Shown piece by piece: positions 1 to 8,249 of a stretch of 64,000 bases of DNA; the first letter of the stretch is position 1, and each line of letters starts with the position of its first letter. Under the pieces are notes generated by a model. The model did not search any database. It was not told the DNA's origin and saw only the letters and a program-made list of their open reading frames with translations. Source of the stretch: Nitrososphaerota archaeon (GTDB lineage: Archaea > Thermoproteota > Nitrososphaeria_A > Caldarchaeales > Caldarchaeaceae); contig JBEPYN010000001.1 of the NCBI GenBank assembly GCA_041641305.1, forward strand, positions 352,001 through 416,000, read 5' to 3'. Made by a program: the position numbers and the translations under genes.

Positions 1-1230
1 CACATTCCACGTCTCGAGACACGCTCAGTCATAGACAACGACTACAAGATAGAGGGTGAGATAGAGGAGTTTAGAAGCTATTTTCTCAGCAGATACCATC
101 TCATCAAACGCATCCTCTCGAAACGTCGTCTCGAGTTCACACCGGTCTCCGAGGTCCCCGCGCTGCGGGACGGCGGAGAGACTGTTGTGGCTGTGATGAT
201 TCTTTTTAAGAAGGAGGGGCCCAGCAACATAAGGATAACTTGTGACGACCCATCTGGGCAGATGGAGGTCGTCGCCTCCAAAAGAAACCAGCAAATCTAC
301 AAACATGCTCTCGAGCTTTTGACAGACACGGTTGTGGCCATGAGGATAAAACGTTTAGGCGGAGTCAACATACTCACCGAAATAATTCATCCCGACGTCG
401 ATGAACAACAGCTGAGAAAAACGCCGCAGACCGAGGAAGCCTACGTATGCCTCATCTCAGACATACATGTCGGGAGCAGACATTTCCGGCGGGATTATTT
501 CGAGAATTTTCTCGACTGGCTTAACCGTGGGAGAGATGGTGTTGTCAAACGCTTGACTCATCTCGTCATAGGCGGAGACCTTGTTGAGGGTGTAGGCATT
601 TACCCTGGCCAGGAAAAAGACCTACTGTATAGGAATGTTGAGGAGCAGCTCAGGGAAGCGGGAAAACTCCTCGCCGAAATACCCCAGAACATCGAGATAA
701 TCTTCATACCCGGCAACCACGAGCCTGTACGGAAAGCTTTGCCGCAGCCGCCTCTACACGACCGTCATAGAAAACTGCTGGACGAGCAGAGAAAAATGAT
801 TCATTTATCCAATCCCGCGGAGCTTGTTTTTGACGGTAAGAGGATAACCGTCTACCACGGTCAAGGCCTCGACGACATCATACAATCTCTTCCAACCGCG
901 TCCTACAGCACTCTCCCCGAAAACGCGGCCGAAGTCGTTACAGCCCTGCTGAGATATAGGCATCTCGCACCCATCTACGGAGGCAGTGCACAGCTTCTCC
1001 CCTCTAAGGAGGATATGCTGGTGATTGTTGAGCAGCCGCATCTCCTACAGACGGGTCACATCCATGTTTTGGTCAACACATCATACAGGGGAGTCAGGCT
1101 AGTGAACGCCGCTGCTTGGCAGGACCAGACTGATTATCAGAAGTCCCTTGGGCTTGAGCCGGATGTTGGATACGCAGCGGTCCTAAACCTAGCATCCATG
1201 AACGTGGAGATGAAGTCTTTCGCATCCTAA
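1..1230 (+). CDS. polD1: DNA polymerase D small (DP1, proofreading exonuclease) subunit, 5'-truncated by window edge
   Basis: Frame is open from base 1. OB-fold-like region followed by calcineurin-like phosphoesterase motifs SDIHVGS, GDLVEG, PGNHE, YHG, HLAP and GHIH typical of DP1. Confidence 0.93.
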   Translation, partial: HIPRLETRSVIDNDYKIEGEIEEFRSYFLSRYHLIKRILSKRRLEFTPVSEVPALRDGGETVVAVMILFKKEGPSNIRITCDDPSGQMEVVASKRNQQIYKHALELLTDTVVAMRIKRLGGVNILTEIIHPDVDEQQLRKTPQTEEAYVCLISDIHVGSRHFRRDYFENFLDWLNRGRDGVVKRLTHLVIGGDLVEGVGIYPGQEKDLLYRNVEEQLREAGKLLAEIPQNIEIIFIPGNHEPVRKALPQPPLHDRHRKLLDEQRKMIHLSNPAELVFDGKRITVYHGQGLDDIIQSLPTASYSTLPENAAEVVTALLRYRHLAPIYGGSAQLLPSKEDMLVIVEQPHLLQTGHIHVLVNTSYRGVRLVNAAAWQDQTDYQKSLGLEPDVGYAAVLNLASMNVEMKSFAS

Positions 1231-1775
1231 ACAGGCTTCGCCAACGCCTTCCAAAACAACATACCTTTCCTGAAGCCGGTTACCTTGTACCCCGTCTCCT
1301 CGAGAATGGATAGAACATGGCGGGGGCTCGTACCATGTCCCAGCATCCGTGAGCTGATTGGGTCGAGAATGTAGACCAACCCATCGTCCACAAGCTTGCT
1401 TCGAAGCGTTTCGAGAGATTTTCTGATGTCGGCTAGGTGATGGAGGCTGAAGAGATACGCGGCCCGGTCGACGACGTGATTGGGTACACCCTCTAAATCT
1501 TCTCCAGCTGTTTTCAGAACCTTTACGTTATCCATACCCAAGGCCGAGGCCCTCTCCTTAACCGTCTCAAGATACTCCTCCGAAACATCCACAGCATAGA
1601 CCACGCCCCCTTCTCCAACAACCCTGGCCGCGGGGAATGTGAGAAACCCTTTTCCGCATCCAATGTCGAGAAAACGATGCATATGCTTCAGCCCTATTTC
1701 CTCGAGGATTTTGAAAGGGTTTTGGATAAGCCTTCTCAGAGGAGACCCTATCACAGCAGACTCGCAGCCACCCAC
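1227..1775 (-). CDS. Class I SAM-dependent methyltransferase
   Basis: Motif I FLDIGCGKG, then VYAVD and SLHH. Confidence 0.85.
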   Translation of the reverse strand: MGGCESAVIGSPLRRLIQNPFKILEEIGLKHMHRFLDIGCGKGFLTFPAARVVGEGGVVYAVDVSEEYLETVKERASALGMDNVKVLKTAGEDLEGVPNHVVDRAAYLFSLHHLADIRKSLETLRSKLVDDGLVYILDPISSRMLGHGTSPRHVLSILEETGYKVTGFRKGMLFWKALAKPV

Positions 1776-1855
1776 ACCAACGCAAAATAATGAACGATAT
1801 ATATGGATACATGTGTTGTAGACAACTTTTTTAGGCGAAAAACGGGTTCGGAACC

Positions 1856-2164
1856 GTGTCCCATCGGGTTAGGGTCTGCAGAGAGGATGAGCTTGGCGAA
1901 GGTGATATGAGGGTTGTTGAAGCGGGCGGTGAACAGGTTCTTGTCCTCCGTCACAAGGGAAAAATCTACGCAGTCTCCAACATATGCACACATGAATATG
2001 CCGAGCTCGTCAACGGGCTCGTGGTCGACGGAACAATAACATGTCCCGTGCACCTTTCACGTTTCCGGCTGGAGACGGGGGAGGTTCTCAACCCGCCCGC
2101 GGCAAAAAACCTCAAAACCTACAAGGTTCAAGTTCTCGAAGGCGAGATATTTGTCGAAACCTGA
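1856..2164 (+). CDS. Rieske [2Fe-2S] ferredoxin
   Basis: CTH...CPVH ligand motifs, 102 aa. Confidence 0.92.
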   Translation: MSHRVRVCREDELGEGDMRVVEAGGEQVLVLRHKGKIYAVSNICTHEYAELVNGLVVDGTITCPVHLSRFRLETGEVLNPPAAKNLKTYKVQVLEGEIFVET

Positions 2165-3105
2165 CTTATCTTCTCCATTTCCCCCCTCTCGATAAACCTT
2201 ATGGCCTCCATCGCGGCCATGCAGCCGAATCCAGCAGCTGTAATCGCCTGCCTATACTTCTTATCATGAACGTCGCCCGCGGCAAAGACTCCCTTCACAC
2301 TCGTCATCATACCATCCTTGAGCTTGATGTATCCCTCCTCATCCATTTCAAGCTGTCCCGCGAAAATCTCGGTGTTGGGTTTGTGTCCAATAGCCACGAA
2401 AACCGACTCCGTTTTGATGATCTTTTCCTCACCTGTTTTGAGGTTCCTGACACGCACCGCCTCAACCTTGTTTTCTCCCAAGATTTCGGTGACCACGCTA
2501 TTCCATATGAACTCTATACGTGGGTTGTTTCTCGCCCTCTCGGCCAAAACTTTTGAAGCCCGTAGTGTATCTCTTCTATGCACCACGATAACTTTCTCCA
2601 CCAAGTTGCTGAGGTAGAGGGCGTACTCCATAGCAGTGTCCCCGCCACCCACCACAACCGATGTAGAAGATCCCTTGAAGAGTGGGCCGTCGCATGTGGC
2701 GCAGCTGGAGACACCTCTTGCCAGAAGCCTCTTCTCACCCTCAACCCCGAGCCACTTCGGCGAAGCGCCCGTCGCCACGATCACGACCCTTGCCCTGTAA
2801 ACATCTTCACCGACGTAAACCTCGAACGGGTGCTTGGAGAAATCCACACCGGTCGCGTTGTCGTAAATAATTTCAGCTCCCTGGTTTTCAGCCTGCTGCC
2901 TCATGTTCTCCATAAGCTCTGGGCCGATAACACCGTTTGCGAAACCGGGATAGTTCTCCACCTCACGCGTCAGCATAAGCTGTCCACCTGCCTCAATCCC
3001 CGCTATAACCAGTGTCTTCAGGTTCGCTCGGCAAGTGTATATCGCGGCCGTGTACCCCGCGGGGCCTCCACCAATCACCACCACATCATAGACATCATCC
3101 ATCAT
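2128..3105 (-). CDS. trxB: Thioredoxin-disulfide reductase
   Basis: GGGPAG FAD motif, CATCD redox centre, GGGDTA and HRRD NADPH motifs, AAGD. Confidence 0.95.
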   Translation of the reverse strand: MMDDVYDVVVIGGGPAGYTAAIYTCRANLKTLVIAGIEAGGQLMLTREVENYPGFANGVIGPELMENMRQQAENQGAEIIYDNATGVDFSKHPFEVYVGEDVYRARVVIVATGASPKWLGVEGEKRLLARGVSSCATCDGPLFKGSSTSVVVGGGDTAMEYALYLSNLVEKVIVVHRRDTLRASKVLAERARNNPRIEFIWNSVVTEILGENKVEAVRVRNLKTGEEKIIKTESVFVAIGHKPNTEIFAGQLEMDEEGYIKLKDGMMTSVKGVFAAGDVHDKKYRQAITAAGFGCMAAMEAIRFIERGEMEKISQVSTNISPSRT

Positions 3106-3198
3106 GAATTATCACTTCATCCACATAATTAAATGTTAAACATCCACGAACGGTGTAGGTTGAAAACCTATATCAAACGGTTGCGTCGCAGTTTTGAT

Positions 3199-3510
3199 AT
3201 GGCGAAAGCTGTTAAAGTGGCCACCGCCTCTGAGCTTCCGCCAGGAGCTATGAAGACTTTCGATGTCGAGGGCAAGCTCATTCTCGTCGCTAACGTTGAC
3301 GGCGTTTATTATGCCATGGACGCTATCTGTAGCCACGAGGAGTGGGACCTTTCGGAGGGTATGCTGGAGGATACACGAGTTACATGCGCGGGACACGGCG
3401 CTGTATGGGACCTGAGAACAGGCACCGCCGAGTTTGACGAGGAGCTTCCTCCACTAAAAACCTATAAAACCCTCCTCAAGGACGGTGAAGTGTTCATCGA
3501 GATCGAATAA
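3199..3510 (+). CDS. Rieske [2Fe-2S] ferredoxin
   Basis: CSH...CAGH ligands; ATG 3199 preferred to the track's 3133 start. Confidence 0.9.
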   Translation: MAKAVKVATASELPPGAMKTFDVEGKLILVANVDGVYYAMDAICSHEEWDLSEGMLEDTRVTCAGHGAVWDLRTGTAEFDEELPPLKTYKTLLKDGEVFIEIE

Positions 3511-3512
3511 AC

Positions 3513-4037
3513 ATGAAGAGATATCCATTTGTGTGCACAAACTGTGGCGCCGAATACATGCTTCAGGCGTGGAAGGCTGTTTGCCCTAACTGCGGCGCCG
3601 AGTATACGCTTGAGGCGAAGCCTGAAAAACCTCTGAAAAGCAGCGCGGCACCCCAGATAATTGGAGCGGCTGCACTGTTTGGATATGTTGTTAGCAGCTT
3701 CTTCTTACCAGATGTTTTCTCTGTTCTCGGCCCTGGGCTGGCTCCATTCGCCATGGGGGCCGCTGTTCTTCTGGCTTTGCTCATGCTAACCGGCTCCTAC
3801 ATCTTCATCGGCGCGGCTCTAACGCTGTCTCTAGCCACCATGGCTTACCATTTCCTCGGGTCTTCGGTGGATGCGTTGCCGGGTCTGGTTTTAGCAGCCG
3901 TGACAGCGGCGGGTTCAGGTATAGCCCTCAGCAGAATAAGACTTCATGGAAGAAGGAAGGCGAAGGAGACTGATGCGAGAGCTATGCCCGAGTATTCCGG
4001 ATGGGGTGCTCCTCGAGAAGACGCTGAAAAACCCTGA
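3513..4037 (+). CDS. Hypothetical membrane protein with N-terminal Zn ribbon
   Basis: CTNCG...CPNCG followed by about 4 hydrophobic helices; begins 2 nt after the ferredoxin stop. Confidence 0.7.
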   Translation: MKRYPFVCTNCGAEYMLQAWKAVCPNCGAEYTLEAKPEKPLKSSAAPQIIGAAALFGYVVSSFFLPDVFSVLGPGLAPFAMGAAVLLALLMLTGSYIFIGAALTLSLATMAYHFLGSSVDALPGLVLAAVTAAGSGIALSRIRLHGRRKAKETDARAMPEYSGWGAPREDAEKP

Positions 4038-4566
4038 ACGCGTTTTCGTCATAGAGGACGAACATCACCTTCTTGAGGCCGCTGTTTTCTCGGAGCAGAT
4101 AATCTATCACAGCTGTGACAATTACTCTTGCGGCGTCTTCGAGCGGGTACCCGAATGCTCCGGTTGAGATGGCGGGCATCGCTATCGATGTGAGGTTGTA
4201 GGTGTCGGCGAGTTTGAGGCTGTTGATGACCGCGTCCCTCAGCTTCCGCTCTTCGTCTCCCTCACCCATCCGAGGCCCAACAGCGTGAATAACATACCGG
4301 GCCCTAAGCTTTCCAGCACCTGTTATCACCGCCCCACCAACAGGGCAATACCCAATCCTGTCACATTCCTCCTGAATGCTTGGGCCTCCTTTCCGCAGAA
4401 TAGCCCCCGCGACACCGCCACCCATTTTAAGCCACTTGTTAGCAGCGTTAACAATAGCGTCAGCCTCAACCTCCGTAATATCACCCTTTAAACAAATCAC
4501 CTCGGTCTCTCGGACCTTAACCATTACAGGACCATTTTCGCGATTGGTCTCTATAAATTTCACCAT
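3982..4566 (-). CDS. Macro domain protein (O-acetyl-ADP-ribose deacetylase type)
   Basis: GDIT, AIVNAAN, GGGVAGAI, HAVGP, PAISTGAFG; start probably ATG 4566 or slightly downstream. Confidence 0.92.
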   Translation of the reverse strand: MVKFIETNRENGPVMVKVRETEVICLKGDITEVEADAIVNAANKWLKMGGGVAGAILRKGGPSIQEECDRIGYCPVGGAVITGAGKLRARYVIHAVGPRMGEGDEERKLRDAVINSLKLADTYNLTSIAMPAISTGAFGYPLEDAARVIVTAVIDYLLRENSGLKKVMFVLYDENAFRVFQRLLEEHPIRNTRA

Positions 4567-4583
4567 GCTTAGCTTTCTCTGGG

Positions 4584-4901
4584 ATGGCCTGGCTCGTGGA
4601 GGTGTTTGTTCAGGGCAGGGGATGGACACCGCTTCGGCAAGTCTTCGGCCACAGCGGTGTTGTCGAGGGGTTTGATGAGGCTCTTTCTCTGGGATGCTCG
4701 GTTGTTTTGAAAAGTGTTGAGAGGGCGTCGCGGGCTGCGGGGGCTAGCGCAGGAGATGTTGTCGGTTTCCGTGTTAGAGAGGTCTCTAGCGAGCCTGAGC
4801 CGTTGCCGCCGGATGCTGTGAAATGGGATGATGTACGTCACAGGTTTTTCCGGCGAGGTAGCGCATATCTCCTCTACAAGTCTTGGAGCTGGCCCGATTG
4901 A
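4584..4901 (+). CDS. Hypothetical protein
   Basis: 105-aa ATG ORF filling the gap; its stop overlaps the next start (TGATG). Confidence 0.65.
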   Translation: MAWLVEVFVQGRGWTPLRQVFGHSGVVEGFDEALSLGCSVVLKSVERASRAAGASAGDVVGFRVREVSSEPEPLPPDAVKWDDVRHRFFRRGSAYLLYKSWSWPD

Positions 4902-5629
4902 TGGATCAGCATTTTCTCGTGGACAGGGCTGTTGTGGAGCGTCTGGTTGAGGCGGCTGAGCTTACCAGCGATGATGTTGTTCTCGACGTTGGGGCGGGGA
5001 CAGGCGTGCTGGCTTTCGAGGCGGCCAAGTATGCCAAAAAGGTGTACGCTGTCGAAAGCGACCCACTGGTCTTCAAGAGGTTGAACGAGGAAGCACAGAC
5101 TTATGGTAACGTTGTGGCCGTGAGAGGCAACATCCTCCGCCTAAGGCTTCCATCCTACACCAAGATTGTCGCCAACCCGCCTTTCAGCGTGCTCGAGCCA
5201 CTCATCATCCGACATCTCAAAAACCCTGTTACCATGTCACTTCTCACACCCAAACACTTCGCAGACAGCCTCCTCTCCACAGACACAGTCATCGGGTTCA
5301 AAACACATCTAAGCTACATCGTCGAGGAGAAAGGTGTTTACGACGGCAGGGTATGTGATCCTCCCTACCCCGGCAAACTATCCCATGTCTTGTTGAAACC
5401 TGTCGAAAATACGGCGCTTCAGAATGCTATGGTGATGTTTCTTCTTCAACCCGGCTCCAAGGTGAGGAACAGCCTACGTAACGTGTTGTGGAAAAAATGC
5501 ACCAAACGCGAGGCCACCAAGCTCGTCGAGCTATCCAGCCTTCCAGACACTCTGCTGGAAAAACGCGTAAGCCGCACCACAATCCAAGACCTGAAGCAGA
5601 TCTACGGCTTTTTGGCGGAAAACGTTTAA
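4883..5629 (+). CDS. rsmA: SSU rRNA adenine dimethyltransferase (KsgA/Dim1 family)
   Basis: QHFL, DVGAGTG and NPPF motifs; start may be ATG 4901. Confidence 0.85.
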   Translation: MELARLMDQHFLVDRAVVERLVEAAELTSDDVVLDVGAGTGVLAFEAAKYAKKVYAVESDPLVFKRLNEEAQTYGNVVAVRGNILRLRLPSYTKIVANPPFSVLEPLIIRHLKNPVTMSLLTPKHFADSLLSTDTVIGFKTHLSYIVEEKGVYDGRVCDPPYPGKLSHVLLKPVENTALQNAMVMFLLQPGSKVRNSLRNVLWKKCTKREATKLVELSSLPDTLLEKRVSRTTIQDLKQIYGFLAENV

Positions 5630-5665
5630 GAATAGACCGTTCAAGCTGATGGTTGAGAGCTTGTT

Positions 5666-5739
5666 GGCCGAGGTGGGGTAGCCTGGTAGCCCTCAGGGCT
5701 GTGGACCCTGCAGCGCGAGTTCGAATCTCGCCCTCGGCC
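5666..5739 (+). tRNA. tRNA-His(GTG), intronless, encoded G-1, CCA not fully encoded
   Basis: Acceptor GCCGAGG/CCTCGGC, anticodon arm CAGGG-CTGTGGA-CCCTG, T arm GCGAG-TTCGAAT-CTCGC, discriminator C. Confidence 0.96.
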
Positions 5740-5772
5740 CTTATATACACCATAGAAATTTGTTGAACAGGT

Positions 5773-7230
5773 TTGAGGATAAGCCTGGTTCTGACAGTTG
5801 TCACCGCCTTTGCGACGTTGGTGCTGATACCTTTCGCTGTGGGCAGCTTGTCAGTGTTTCTGGCTTTCGTTGTCTCGGTTGTATTCGCTCTCATTCTATT
5901 AGTTGATGCTCTGATTTCAGACGGCGGCCGCCGTAGGATGCATGTTCCCTCGATGGTTTTGGGTTACTCCACCGTGGTAGTTCCAAGCCTCGCGACGCTG
6001 CTCATCTTCGTTGAGGAGTTCAACTTTTTCAGAGACTGGTATAAGCCCATCATGCTCGCCAGCTACGCGGCCCTGTTTCTCACTAACCTGATGTTCCTAC
6101 CACTGGCCGCCGCCAACTACAGGCGGGAGGAAAGAGCCCTAGCCGAGCAGACCTATTTTCCACCGGTCTCGGTCATCGTCCCGGCCTACAACGAGGAGAA
6201 ATGGATAGGACACTGCATAGAGGCCCTGCTTGAGAACGATTACCCCAGCAAGGAGATCATCGTCGTCGACGATGGCAGCGTTGACAGAACCTATGAGATA
6301 GCAAGCAGATACGTTAGAAGAGGCGTTACCGTTCTGAGGAAACCCAACGGCGGAAAAGCCTCGGCCCTCAACTATGGAATGTTGTTCGCCACCGGTGAAA
6401 TCATCGTCACCGTCGACGCGGACAGCATCTTGACGAGGGATACACTGCGGCGGATTGTGCTACCTTTTAGGGATGAGAAGGTGGTCGGGGTCGCGGGCAA
6501 CGTCCGGGTCGTGAACCGGGTCAACTGGCTCACCAAGAACCAAGCCCTCGAATACGTCACACAGCTAAACATAACGAGGAGAGCAACGTCTTTTCTCGGC
6601 GTTGTGCAGGTGATGCCTGGGCCTCTGGCGGCCTTTAGACGCAGCATAGCCGCAACACTTGGAGGATACGACCGCATCACTTTGACCGAGGACTTCGACC
6701 TCACCGTGAAGCTTCTCAAAACAGGCGGAGTCATACAAGCTCCACCCGGCGCCTTCGCCTTCACAGAGGCTCCGTCTAGTCTCCGAGACCTTTACAGGCA
6801 GCGTCTCAGATGGTATAGGGGGAACACGCAGGTTTTAATGAGGCATTCCGACGCCTTCAGGGTGAGGAGATACGGGCGGCTGAGCCAGCTTGTGTTTCCT
6901 CTCATGGTTTTGCAGCAGATAGTTATTCCTTTGCTGGGGGTAGCATCTATTCCAGCGGCCGTACTCATCATACTCGCTGGTGGACTGGGTTATGTGCTGC
7001 GCCTCCTCGCGGTCTTCAGCGTTCTCCAGCTATGTCTCTCGCTTATTGCTTTGGACATGCAGGATGAGGATGTTAGGCTTGGTATCTATGCGCCCTTCGC
7101 AGTAGTCGGCTACAAGCATCTCCTCGACATCATCGCGTTGAAGGCAGTTTTCGACATCCTTGTTCTGAGACGGAGGCCGGGGTGGACTCGGGCGGAGAAG
7201 AAGGGGCTGGAGGTTACACTCCGTTCCTGA
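5773..7230 (+). CDS. Processive GT2 membrane glycosyltransferase (PgaC/IcaA/cellulose-synthase-like)
   Basis: DDGS, KASALN, VDAD, TED and QRLRW motifs; N- and C-terminal TM helices. Confidence 0.9.
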   Translation: MRISLVLTVVTAFATLVLIPFAVGSLSVFLAFVVSVVFALILLVDALISDGGRRRMHVPSMVLGYSTVVVPSLATLLIFVEEFNFFRDWYKPIMLASYAALFLTNLMFLPLAAANYRREERALAEQTYFPPVSVIVPAYNEEKWIGHCIEALLENDYPSKEIIVVDDGSVDRTYEIASRYVRRGVTVLRKPNGGKASALNYGMLFATGEIIVTVDADSILTRDTLRRIVLPFRDEKVVGVAGNVRVVNRVNWLTKNQALEYVTQLNITRRATSFLGVVQVMPGPLAAFRRSIAATLGGYDRITLTEDFDLTVKLLKTGGVIQAPPGAFAFTEAPSSLRDLYRQRLRWYRGNTQVLMRHSDAFRVRRYGRLSQLVFPLMVLQQIVIPLLGVASIPAAVLIILAGGLGYVLRLLAVFSVLQLCLSLIALDMQDEDVRLGIYAPFAVVGYKHLLDIIALKAVFDILVLRRRPGWTRAEKKGLEVTLRS

Positions 7231-7582
7231 CACTCTTTAAAATGTGTTGAGGAAGCTTCTCCCCCCACTTCTCGATAAAGGATTTGTCTAGCTTCCTATC
7301 CCTCATCTCATCGGGCAGCATCCTCGGAATCTCGTCGACCACAGGATACCATCTACCGCATCCACTGCATTCAACAAACCCAGCTGCTATCTCCAGGCCA
7401 TAGCATCTCTCACAATCGGTTTTAACAAGATCACGCACATAGCCGCCGTGAAAAGCGCAGTAAAGCTCACACTGTCTAACGAAAGGGGGCTTCTCGATAG
7501 ACTTCTCCTCGAAAACAACAAGCTTCAGCGGAAAAGATTTGCACATCGGGCAGGCGAGAATATCCATCAGCCGGTACTTCAT
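7214..7582 (-). CDS. trm112: Trm112 family methyltransferase activator
   Basis: LMDILACPMCK...CSGCGRWYPVVDEIPRML signature. Confidence 0.88.
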   Translation of the reverse strand: MKYRLMDILACPMCKSFPLKLVVFEEKSIEKPPFVRQCELYCAFHGGYVRDLVKTDCERCYGLEIAAGFVECSGCGRWYPVVDEIPRMLPDEMRDRKLDKSFIEKWGEKLPQHILKSVRNGV

Positions 7583-7649
7583 GTAGACAAGCTTATATGG
7601 AATGATTTAAGCCATGAGCAGCTACACAAACACTATATAGCGTAAAATC

Positions 7650-8249
7650 TTGTCAAAAGCTTGGATGACTTCTGTCAAGGGTGTTGAAAAACCGCTCGAT
7701 GTCCTCGACCTGTTCATGGAAAGGTTTAGGATGCTCGGCGGATACGCGGCTTTAGCAGACAACCCTGAAACAGCCGCCGCAGTCGCTGCAGATTTTCTTA
7801 AACAACATGGGTCAAGGACTGTTTTCATCTCGAAGCTGCCGAAGGAGGTCATGCAACTGCTCGAGAAAAAGTTGGAGGAAATGGGCATCCAGATCTACAC
7901 ACATGAATCATCCAAGGACCCTGTCGCAGTAGTGAAAATGGTCGATGCAGGTATCTCCACGGCCGCGGCAGCGGTGGCTGAGACGGGGACATTCGTCGAG
8001 GTTGCCTTTGATGATGTTGAGCGACTAGTCTCGAGCTTCCCCAAAACCTATGTATGCTTTATCAACGGCTCCTCAGTAGTCAAGTCTGTATACATGACTG
8101 CTGGTCTTCTCCGCTCAGCTATGGAAAAGGATAGAGTTGCTGTGACGTTTATCTCGGGCCCGAGCAGGTCGGGTGATATTGAGCAGAGACTGGTTCTGGG
8201 CATTCACGGACCTCATCACGTGTTGGCGGTGGTGTGCGGCTGGCTTTGA
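7650..8249 (+). CDS. lutC: LUD domain protein (LutC/YkgG-like)
   Basis: AETGT and ISGPSRSGDIEQRLVLGIHGP motifs. Confidence 0.88.
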   Translation: MSKAWMTSVKGVEKPLDVLDLFMERFRMLGGYAALADNPETAAAVAADFLKQHGSRTVFISKLPKEVMQLLEKKLEEMGIQIYTHESSKDPVAVVKMVDAGISTAAAAVAETGTFVEVAFDDVERLVSSFPKTYVCFINGSSVVKSVYMTAGLLRSAMEKDRVAVTFISGPSRSGDIEQRLVLGIHGPHHVLAVVCGWL

